Shown here one piece after another: positions 1-10,225 of a DNA stretch of 64,000 nt. The notes beneath the pieces were generated by a model that did no database searches, was not told the DNA's origin, and saw nothing but the letters and a program-made list of their open reading frames with translations. This DNA comes from Phoronis australis. Its lineage: Eukaryota > Animalia > Phoronida. Location of the stretch: positions 938,360-1,002,359 of the forward strand of contig NMRA01000064.1 in assembly GCA_002633005.1 (NCBI GenBank), in the 5' to 3' direction. How positions within the stretch are numbered: the first letter of the stretch is position 1; every line of letters starts with the position of its first letter. A program made the translations under genes and the position numbers.

Positions 1-99
1 AAAGCAAAACATGTACAGATACATGTATGGAAATCAGAAGCAACAATATTTATAAGCGATACATAAAAATTTCCTAATGTTGCTTAAGAGGAATTCATT

Positions 100-3000
100 G
101 AGAACAAGTCAAAGTTAGGACTACCGTTCAATAATAATGTAACTCTAGTAGGGATATCATTACAAGAATTGAGAACCTTTACAATTGATTGGTTTTCATT
201 GAGTGCACGAAAGAGTGAGTCTCTCAGGTATTCGATGAGGGGACATTTGAAGAAAACATAAGGATAAGATTGATGGTCACCACCTTCTTTACAGTTTGGA
301 GAGACATTACTAAAGTTGTGCCTAAACTTGTCGGAGCTGAGGAAAAGACCGCATCGTGATCTGTACCATGCTACTTTGTTTTTGCGGGGAAGGGGGAATT
401 GAGTCAGGCTGTTGAGTTATCAAAATTATGTAAAAAAGCTCTAAATTTATTTTTATACCCATAAAAGAGTTACTTTCCTTAACAGAGACTGGTAGAGAAT
501 TTCAGTTGTTGATGCACATCATAATTATAGACTTTCTGAATGCCTGACTGAACAACGGAAAAATTACATATGAGATGGAGGATGTTAAACCATTACGATG
601 GCCTTGTCTAGTGTATAGATGAAATATTTTTGGACAGAAGCTTTGTTGACATTGCTTATTACTTTGAAAGTAAATGTGGTCACGTGAAGGTTGCGTCGAG
701 TAGACAGCTTGGGCCTCTTGAGACTATTCAAAACCTTTACACTATTGGATCCCCTGTAAGCTCCAGTTATGAGTAAGGCAGCTTGATACTGTAATTTCTG
801 CAAATGCTGGAGTGCACCAGTATTGGAAGACTGATATATAATATCACTGTGACAATAATCGACATGTGGAAGTATGAAGGATTTGAAGAGAACTTCTTCA
901 TGTGTAGAATTCAGATGACGAGGGACAAGCTTAAGTGGCTTAATTAGTTTCTGAATTTTTTACGAGCTCCCAAACGTGATGTGTGAATAAGAGTTTTTCA
1001 TGTAACAGTATACCAAGATGTTTGTGCGACTGTTTTCTAGGAATGATTTCATAATTAAATTTAAGACCATAAGACGGGTCAACAAGAAAGAGAGCATCAA
1101 TAGATTCGGAGAAGGTGAGGTCAGCGCTTTTTTCTGGCCCAATACGCTTCCCTGCGGAGGGGATAAAGTTGGAAGAACGCCGTCCACACGAACAGTGTAT
1201 GTACGAACGGAGGGATATGAGGTGATCATGTTTAAAAGATTTTCAGTAATGCCATAGGATCGAAGTTTGTGGAGTAGAAGATCGGGAGGGACACAGTCGA
1301 AAGCAGAGGCTACATCTAGAAAAATGGACCTTCTCAAAATGTAAATGAATCTCATGTACTATTCCAACAAGTTGTGCCACGGTGATGTTCCCACGCAAAA
1401 AAAACAAATTGACGATGATAGATTAAGTTGTTTTGTTTGAGAAATATAAGAATACTTTGAGCAATGATCTTCTCGAAAATTTTAGATAGGGTGTTAAGTA
1501 AAGTTATTGGGCGGTAATTTGAAAGTTTTGGAGTCTTTTTTGTATAGGGACCATAATTCCATGTTTCCAAGAAGACGGATGTATACCTAGCTGAAGAAGT
1601 TTGTTTAAAAGATTGGTTAAATCCCAACTTCAACGAAATTTTTTTATATTAGATGTATTGGGCTAACGCAATAGTCCTAGCAAAGCCTTAGTAAAATAAG
1701 AAAACGCGAGTTCAATCACGAAATGTAAACCCTGAAATAATAGGTGAAGCTGCCTTTTTGTGCCATGTTGCGTCACCGCGAGATCCCTGAATAGAACACC
1801 ATTGCATGGGGGTGTTATTGGCAGCTGTTTGAATTAAAAGGTGACTCTCGCGGTGACATAGACAAAAGCAATACGCCTAACAGTTCGTTATATCTGACAA
1901 TTTATGGCAATAGTGGGTTTAGAGCGATGCTCTTAACATACTGTAGGAACCAAATTTACAGGTGTTACCGTTCAAGATAGGCTTCAAGGGCATGGTAATA
2001 TCGTTGGCAATCATTATAATCATATTACTGATGATTAAAGCTGTGTCATCATTTTTATTGGGGTCAATTTCATTGAGATACTTCCCGACATCAATTTGAT
2101 TAGCCGGGATATCACACAGTTGATTGAGACAACGTTCACGAAGAAAAGGAAAGTTACCTACTTCAGTTGGTGTAATGTGGCTTTTGTTCGTGAAAAAATG
2201 AGAAACAGGTCACACTTGTCACTGCTACTTGAGGCTAGGTTAATATTGTGGTTGATGACTGGGTAAGAGGATTGTTGTTGACTGCTGCGTATTTTATTGA
2301 TGGTGTTCCAGTATTCTTAAGAGTTCTTGCTTACATTGTTAATTTATGAAAAAAGCTTGTGTCGGTGATCAGCTTTGGCTTGATTTACCGAAGTCTATGC
2401 AGGTGTGACTGCTCCTTTTATCTGTTGTAGATTATAGTGTTAGATCTTCTGAAAGAGCAGTGAAGTCTTTGTCTTGTGTGGATTGCCCTTTTAACAATTG
2501 TTGAACCACGGTTGGCTGTTGTGTTTAATTATCTTTTCAGTTGATGGGATGTTGTTTTTTTTTGAATTTCATAGAGAGTACTAGTGAAGAGTGAAACAGT
2601 GCCATCAATGTCGCCAGTGTCCAATATGGAATCCCAGTCACTGGAGGTGATATATCGGTGTCGACTTGATCATATTTCCAAATGTTTCGCGTGGTGTGTT
2701 GCTCTTTAACCGTTTCTTTAGGTGTTAGAGTGGTTTCGATTGTGTGGGGATCAGAATTGCCAACAGGAGGTAGTACAGAACATGATTCTCAAATTGTTTG
2801 TTATGCAGAGATCAATACATAAATGAAAAACGTCACTGACGCGTGTTGGCTCATTAGACAATAACATACCAAACAACTGTAGTCCGGCTGTATTGCCATG
2901 ATCATCATTGTACCATGTAGAGCTTCGGGTATTAAAATCACTATTTATGATAATACAAACGCTATTGTGGTTAATTTCCGCTAACTGATCGGCTATGGCT

Positions 3001-3484
3001 TTGAAGTAGTGTTTTCTTTTAGTTGGCGACTGAGAACGTGATCGATAAAACAACACACAGTAGATTTTTCTGTGACCAAAACAAATTTCGATTTAGTAGT
3101 TGCATAACTGAGGACAAATTAAGGTAGGACATAATTTAAATGTGAGTGTGTTTTAGTGAATAAAATGATGCCACGGTCACTGTTACTGTGATAGGCTACA
3201 CTGTAACCAGGAATGATTAGTTCATGATCAAGATCGTTTTTGGTAACATTACAAGTTTCACAAAGAGCGACAATCATATGATCGTTAGACAGAAGAAAGC
3301 TTTTTAAAAGTTGGAATCTGGAAAAATTGCTGGATTTCATGGTATTAATATTTGAAAATAAGATTTTAAAGGTAGTATTGTCTTCAGGCCCAGGATTTTC
3401 TTCAACATCGCCAGCTAAAAGGAGGCACATGCCAATAACGATTCCGTACTCCACACAGGTGTTATGTAAACAATAGTGAGACAC
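100..3484 (-). mobile_element. Degenerate CR1/L2-group non-LTR retrotransposon ORF2 (2A peptide + APE endonuclease + reverse transcriptase), with many stops and frameshifts
   Basis: Minus-strand fragments occur in the expected order. APE: KILFSNIN, IVALCET, RGIILF, FYRS, IIINSDFN, NEPTR, CIDLCIT (2751-3484). RT: NYRPITLLNTLSKIFEKII (1352-1633), IFLDVASAFDCV..LLHKLRSYGI, PQGSVLG (960-1355). After RT: LQKLQYQAALLITGA (585-803) and a C-terminal Cys/His region near 230-310. Confidence 0.93.
3386..3424 (-). other. 2A-like (StopGo / ribosome skipping) motif LLLAGDVEENPG|P at the N-terminus of LINE ORF2
   Basis: Exact match to the D(V/I)ExNPGP consensus: GAT GTT GAA GAA AAT CCT GGG CCT at 3409..3386, in frame with and immediately before the APE domain. 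Confidence 0.9.
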
Positions 3485-4325
3485 ATCAGTAACCTAAACC
3501 TGCATAGCATGATATCTCATTCGATGCCCGTGAGAAGAATTGGACTGTGACTATACGAGGGAAAAACTGTAAGACCAGAGAAACTCACTCTACTCGAGGC
3601 ACCCAAATGATAGCCGTATTTAACAATTAATACATCAATGCTTACTGACAATTCAAGGATGGTTAAATGAATAAGGTAGTCTGGACAATTAGGGGAGTCC
3701 TTTTTAAACACCAAAAATTATAAGTTCGCTTACAAGTATATAAATAGCAATTTAGTTATGTAGCACAAGATATAAATTTAATCTTGGGAAACGAATTAGT
3801 TCTGTTGTAAGTGAATACAAAACACATATTTATATTAAGACGTAATAAGGCAAGTCAAGTGATAATGGTTGACCTAAAAATATGTACATAGGAAATGTGA
3901 TCAATTAATTAGGGACAAAAGAAGGTGAAAAAATAAGGTTTTCAACAACCAAATACGCTGGAGAAAACAAAAATGAAGTCCGTATTGAAGATCTCTCACT
4001 ATGGATAAGTTAGTTGAAACACGTTTTAGAATTGGTATAAAATTATAGGTGCTTACCCCTATAGGTCACCCTGTAATGACCGATCAGCTCATGTGTTCAG
4101 TGTTGTCTATTGAACTGAAGTTAACTTTCTCACGGATTGGAACACCAGTTTTCACAGGGATTATTTTAGATTGAAACTTATTACAAACTAAAGTATGGTG
4201 ACAGACAGTGTGCAACGTGATTATTTCACTAGAGTGGAATACCTCCGCGGTCAGGTGAAACTTGTGTTAATATTGAAGGGGTCAGGCTTTGGCCCGCTTA
4301 GTTCGAGTACCTCTACTGCTAAAAA

Positions 4326-4640
4326 TATGAATTTTATTTCATGGAATGCACAGGGATTTGAAACGAAAATTGTTGATTATTTGTCTAGATTTGACATCAT
4401 TGGTGTTCAAGAAACCAGATCAAAGAACAGCGAGCAATTTCACTAATGTATTTCCAGATTTCATTTGTTATTCTTTCTGCTCTCGTAAAAAGATTAGATA
4501 AGGTCGAAATCACGGTGGTATTTGTGTGTATATTAGGAAGAAGCTCGCTGAATTTGTTAAACCCATAGAGCATCATTTTGAATATGACGTCACACTGTTA
4601 TGTGATCATTCATTGTTTAGCATAGATACAGACGGTTATC
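4326..4640 (+). mobile_element. Fragment of a second non-LTR retrotransposon (APE endonuclease N-terminus)
   Basis: MNFISWNAQG...FDIIGVQET, then after frameshifts GRNHGGICVYIRKKL. These are typical APE motifs; the fragment is truncated. Confidence 0.8.
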
Positions 4641-4759
4641 TCAAACCTTATTTAGTGACCTCCATTCTAACTCGTATAGCAAAAACTATACTTTGTCAAC
4701 TAGTAAACGTATTCCTGAACGAAAAATGTCAGGGAATATGTAAAATATTTTTGTATTGA

Positions 4760-4860
4760 TGAATTATTGTTATTATTATTATTATCATTATTGTTATTAT
4801 TATTGATATTATCATTGCCTTTGTCACTGTTATTGTTATTGTTGTTGTAATTATTATATT
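4760..4860. repeat. Degenerate (ATT/GTT)n microsatellite
   Basis: attattgttattattattattatcattattgttattatt... Confidence 0.85.
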
Positions 4861-4891
4861 GAAATATCGAAATGTCAATTTATTAGTTGAA

Positions 4892-5848
4892 TTAAACATT
4901 ACACACCATGGATTTTTGCACATTTTGAATTACCGGTGGCCACAGACTAAATGTATGACGTAAAATTTAGCTAAACCCATGTTTATTTTGTGTAATTAGC
5001 TCGAAATTTTATTTTGATTTTACTTTCAATTTTGCCAATTTTCACATTTCCCGCCATGTGACGTCATGGGTAGAGATCAGTGACTAGCATTGAACAATGG
5101 CAGAGAGCAGGGAATTTGAAAGCGGCGACGATTATTTGCAAGAATTGAGCAAATTTTATGAAGAAACGTACGGGAATGGTGGCCAGGATGAAGAAATGGG
5201 GTTACACGAAAGCGAGAACAAGTTTAATGTGCTTCCGGCTGCGTACTTTTCTACTTTTAGCCTTACGAACTGGATCCTCCCGCGAGAGAAGCGGCCTTGG
5301 GCTCGGCGAGTCAACCCAGTCATCCAACAGACGATCCTGAATGTTTCTGAATGATAAATATTGTCCTTTATTGAACCAGGCCTTCATCGTAACGTTTCCT
5401 GTGACTGGAGTCGAAACACGAGTCCTCAAAGTGGGCAGAACACAGAGTGGCCCCGGACCGAATCGCTTGGTCCACGATGACGTCCCACACTCTCGTTCGG
5501 CGCACGAAGCGATGCCACTTCTGCGCAACTTTGGTGTCCTTCGGAACACAGAGACGTTCTCCGCCTGGCTGCTGTTGCTCCAGCCTCCGGAAACACATCT
5601 TTTGATTCCTCTACGAACCTTCTCGAGGCTAAATGTACTTTGCTTTCTCTTCACTCTATACACTTTGTCTCTGATCCGAACAGTATGGCGAACGACTTGG
5701 GTTCAACCCATGACGTTGTACATAATTATTATTTTTTTCAATTTTTGCGTGTTTCTTTATGAGCTGTGCACTAAAGGCACTGAAATCTAGTAAGATATAA
5801 TAATAAAATTCATTTTGAGGTACTAGAGTGATGTTGTGTACATTTTAA
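4892..5848. mobile_element. Internally deleted Kolobok-like DNA transposon (TTAA ends, frameshifted THAP domain on minus, acidic ORF start on plus)
   Basis: TTAA at 4892 and 5845 with imperfect terminal inverted repeats (ttaaacattacacaccat vs ttaaaatgtacacaacat). Subterminal inverted ACGTCATGGGT (5061) / ACCCATGACGT (5706). THAP motifs RCVSGG.SNS, PKD....QKW..FVRR and LCSAHFEDSCF are split over two frames. Confidence 0.6.
5368..5663 (-). pseudogene. Frameshifted THAP (C2CH zinc finger) domain, transposase N-terminus remnant
   Basis: KRCVSGGWSNSSQAENVSVF (ORF 5202..5663) joins, via a frameshift, VPKDTKVAQKWHRFVRRTR...LCSAHFEDSCF (ORF 5368..5598). The second Cys is replaced by W. Confidence 0.8.
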
Positions 5849-5870
5849 GGAATTTGAGTGAGGATATATA

Positions 5871-6032
5871 TAGATTATTATATGGCAAAGTCGTCATCCC
5901 CCGTATTCTAGAGCCGGAGTGGATTTTGGAGAACTATCGCCCGATGGGCGTTATCCCCGAGGGCGATAATTCTCCAAAATCCACTCAGGCTCTAGATAAG
6001 GGGGATAACGACTGAGAACATGTAATAATCTA
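5871..6032. mobile_element. Palindromic (fold-back) MITE, about 160 bp
   Basis: tagattattatatg...tctagagccggagtggattttggagaactatcgccc pairs with gggcgataattctccaaaatccactcaggctctaga...catgtaataatcta. No clear TSD. Confidence 0.8.
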
Positions 6033-6219
6033 TTTATACCACATACTGAACGAGAAACATTGCAATGAATCGTTCTACCTTTCTCGACTCGCCTCGGCTT
6101 TGTAGCTGCTTTCTATGTCAGAGGCCCAGGGTCAGAGGTCGTGACCTTTTAAGAAAAGCCAAGCTATTTTTGTCAAGTAATGCTTTCGACCGTGATTTAA
6201 TACGAGAAATGTCATGGGT

Positions 6220-9200
6220 TTACACGTTTGGCTTAATTTTCATAATCGTCTCTTTAAGCAAGTGCACATTTTTGGCGTTTGACTGATAATGCATGCATTT
6301 CCAAGTATTGACATGGCACGTTCCGTTGAATGGGTAATAGCTGTTTAAGTTTAATGTGGAGCAGCTATGGAACCACCAACCACTCGACGTCCGCTCGGCG
6401 CAACTAAGCTTGTAATACCAATCACTATCGTTGTCTTGATCTGGGGCCGAAAATAAATTCCCAGTTTCGTTTCTCATGGTCGCAGATGTTACGTTTGCAG
6501 TAGTTGGTGGTGATACAAACATTTTGTACTTTTCCTTTTCACTCTCAATTGCAAAGGACGCGTGGTCACGTGTCACAATTTGACCTCTCCACTCCGTCGT
6601 AACATACCGTAGTCTGTACTGTGCTTGTTGGGTAATGTAATGAATTTTATCATTGCCAAGCCACAGTTCTCCGTCAAGTGTACCAAACCCTTCTTTGTAA
6701 TTGTTCCACAGCATGCCAAAGTTAAGACTTCCGTCAAATCTTCGCTGAATAACCGTCCAACCATCCTGGCAAGGTACCTCAAATGACTTTGTGCTGTTAA
6801 GGGGCCGAATGACAAGAAATCCCGTGTAGTTTATAGCTGAAAAATGCAAAACCTACAGGTCTTCCGACAATGGAACGAAGGACGAGAATGCAGGAATGTG
6901 CTACTATCTATGACCAATATTTAAGAATACGCATTCCTGCCACATACACATGTACACCTATCCAACAAGATCTATAAAAACGCATTTTGAAAATAATTTC
7001 CGGTTGAAATCCACCGTATTCGTGAGTGTGCCGCAAAAGACAGACACTCAGTAGTTTAAAACGTTGTTTTCTCTGTACCAAATACAGGGAGAAGATGTAA
7101 CTTTTCGAAAATGTTGACGTTAAGGCAGGACACATTGTAAAACTCGAGCAGATCAATGAGCTATACCTGGTATACATGTACATGTAGCTCATTGGTCAGA
7201 TCAAGGGCAGAAGACAGGACCCAATGCAAACTGAAAGTTCTTCCCAAGACTATACATTTCGACAAGTTGTTTTTTAAACGGAGTGGTGAAATTCAAAAAT
7301 CAATTTTCGATACTGGGTCCATGGAAGGAATAAAACCTGGTTATTTTTAGTTGAAAACGAAATTGAAAAATTGGAAAATCTGTCCAAGTTTCTATTTTTC
7401 CTTTTTTGATTTCTCAAAAAATTGTGAAATCGAATATTAGGAAATTGAGTCATTTATTGATTTGTTAAATGTGACGCGAACTACATAACAACTTACATTC
7501 ATAGTTCGGAAACTAGGTTCATTTTATTTTTCCGTTCACTTTAAAATCATAGAAGTTTACCATAGAGACGAGCTGTTGCCTGAGTACGTTGGCCGTTAAA
7601 TCATAAACTACGAGAGCAATACAAAAAACTAATTCTGTGACCACTTTTGGGGACAAATTTGTTTTCGCGTTTTGATATCACAAACCACAATATTCTTTAT
7701 AAAAACAAAAATACCTATGTTTAAACTTAAGCATTTCGATAGCGTTTTACTTTAAATTTATCTAATCATCAATGCTGGAAAGGGAACCCGGGGGGCTCGT
7801 TTCCATGAACGGGGCTCAAACGCAAAACAGAAATATGTTTTGTATGGGGGTAATGACCCCGCTGTATCCCCGGGGCTGCGCTAGAATTATCAGGAACACA
7901 TTCTTCTTCCTGGTATCATAAATCTCACAAGCGATTTCAAAAACGGCTTTCTTTCACATACATGGTCTGCACGCTGCAATTTTTAACCACAATCTTGATG
8001 AAGATAATTGATGAAACTTCAATATCCCCTATAAGCTCGCCTTTCATCATCGAAAGAACTGGCGGTTTTTTCACGCTCGGGATCACCTTTTAAATGGCTT
8101 GTTGCGTCATTTGATGCGTCAACAGTGGTCTCAAGTATTAATGAATTGGCAGTTCTTTGCAAACCGAGTTAACACTGCATCTGATTATGGAGCAAGTGGG
8201 TATCAATTTTACTAGACAACGGGTATTGACCGAAAGCAGAAGTTCGTTTCTTGGCGAGACAGATTGCAAGTTTAGAAATACTTATTAAAAACCTACCTGG
8301 TTGCGAGCAGTCGAAAAATATCTGCAAAAAGAGAAAATTTAATTAGTTTTTTGAACTTGGGAAAGGATTCTGTAGAAGCTGGAACCGGCAGAAGCCAGTA
8401 TTGTGTTCCGTAGCACTTACGTTACAGAAAATTTGCATACACAGTTGTCATTTCACTTTCTGCATTTTTACCCGTAAAAAGATTCAATCGTAACCACAGT
8501 GAAAGACAAGGAATATTTCCTTCACAATCAAGAAGTATAGTTAAGAATTAATACAAATTAGGACGCTCTTCTTTCGAAGGTAAATTAGACAATTTCTTGC
8601 ACCATATCCTATTTATTTGTGCCTATTGCTCTAATAACGTTTCTCAACTAAGATTGTTTCTGAACCCACGTAATTTTTGTCAAGATGAAATCTCGAAAAC
8701 GCTGATATGGAACTTAGGATTTGTCATAAAAATCATGAAAGACCTGTTTTAATCTTCCTGAAACAGTGGAACATTTTTTAAACAACTCCTAATAGTATTT
8801 TGGAGACATGTGCATTGAGCAAGGTTTCGTTTGAATAACATCACCCACCTTGAAGATATGAGGCCCGTTCCAACAAAACTGACTTAGTTGGGACAAACCT
8901 TAAATTTTTATAAATTTTGAAATAAAATTTAAATTTGACATAAAACCAATCCAAGAAAGATATCTTAAGTTTGACTTAAGTGTTTGACAAAGGTTTTGCC
9001 GTAATTTTGACTTACTTACCGAATGTGGAAGTTTCAAAATTTGAAAGTTTAACTTAAGTCAAAAAGGAACTTAAGTCTGTTTTTTGGAACAGGCCCATGA
9101 TATCATAAGTTTTCTAGGGTCGAACACAGAGGCTTTCTCTTACAATCCTGCTAGACGTGGCCGTGAGCTTACTGGGTGAACATTAAGCCAACCTACCTTT

Positions 9201-9466
9201 CGACCAACAGTGTGCCCTCCGACCAGATTCTCTCTTACCCAGTGACCACAGTGTAGACAACGTTTGTTGTTGTTATTAAATATAAAAGTGACACAAGAGA
9301 TGTCGCTGCTGCAAGTTATAGCACATTCTCCAACAGCTGTGGCGACGTAATGATCATTTCCAACGCAGTCATTTTCGCTTGTTTTACCCAGTTTGAATTC
9401 CGTTAGCATCGCTGTAACGCTTAAAAGACACCATAGGTAGGCCAAAGTGGTACTGGTCCATGACAT
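6220..9466 (-). CDS. Secreted PAN/apple + fibrinogen C-terminal domain protein (FReD), paralog 1, 303 aa
   Basis: Exons 9466-9197 (signal peptide MSWTSTTLAYLWCLLSVTA + PAN core ECAITCSSDISCVTF..KRC; AAG|GTAGGT), 8321-8297 (25-nt micro-exon IFFDCSQP; cag|..|gtagg) and 6836-6220 (FBG: GWTVIQRRFDGSLNF..W..YKEGFG..GELWLGND.IH, FSAPDQDND, GWWFHSC, MKIKP). Phases 0 and 1 are consistent; 912 nt in total. Confidence 0.93.
7154..7194. mobile_element. Ultra-short palindromic element CAATGAGCTA...TAGCTCATTG (copy 1)
   Basis: 10-bp TIRs; flanks agcagat/gtcagat form an imperfect 7-bp TSD; second copy at 53678. Confidence 0.6.
8862..9096. mobile_element. Harbinger-like MITE in FReD1 intron 1
   Basis: ggcccgttccaacaaaactgacttag ... 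cttaagtctgttttttggaacaggccc TIRs; related element at 48158. Confidence 0.6.
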
Positions 9467-9909
9467 CGCAAAAGGGTTTTCTTCAATAAAGTTCTACTTG
9501 AATAGTTGACTTCGATGGGCATTTATCGATAACTTTCGCGTGTAGTCTATTGCTGTGCCGTCTGAACACTATCACGAACCCCTGATCACTGGGGCTGCTG
9601 TTGCATCATCAAGTTTTTATAGCAACAAAAATGCACGCCAAGAGCCAAGCACATCAATAATTAACGAACACGGTTACATTTTTATCGTTTGATAATCATT
9701 TCCTAGAATAACTTGCATTTTTAAAGGAGCATTGACCAGTAATGTTCAAATAAATAGCTGTGTTCGTTCCATGTTTGAACAGTACTAAGTAATGAAGTAC
9801 TTTTCAAAAAAAATTAATCAACAGCATAATTAAGAACCACATATGCGTGATATTTCCTGGTAACTAAATTGATTCGTTATATGGAATCCGTACTGAGTCT
9901 AGGAACCAG

Positions 9910-10052
9910 GGCTGAGTTGCATAAAGCTTCAAAAGTTATCCGCTGAATAAGTTTGATTGTTCCATGACGTCAGGTGCATTGTTCAACAATAACAACATGA
10001 TAATGCGACGTCATTATTGCTATATGCCGCATAACGTTTATGCAACTGGGCC
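9910..10052. mobile_element. Harbinger-like MITE (inverted sister copy at about 14015-14152)
   Basis: gggctgagttgcataaa ... tttatgcaactgggcc TIRs. Confidence 0.6.
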
Positions 10053-10225
10053 AAAACAAATGTGAGGAAGAAACACACACGAATATTTCAAATTTTATCA
10101 TTTTCTTTGACTTTTGTAATCCCGATATTTAAAGAAGAATATAAGCGTAATTTAATGATACTTAAAAACAGTACATTTCAATATTCAAAAATGAGGTGGG
10201 ACATATATTTCAGTCCGGTTATTAA

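Noticed and set aside
4255-4300. LVLILKGSGFGP before the second APE fragment as a possible 2A
   Set aside because: It lacks the DxExNPGP core.
4729-4923. Ile/Thr-rich hydrophobic ORF
   Set aside because: Translation of an ATT microsatellite.
5341-5790. 149-aa plus-strand ORF
   Set aside because: It is antisense to the THAP remnant, has no recognisable motif and runs into the AT-rich element end.
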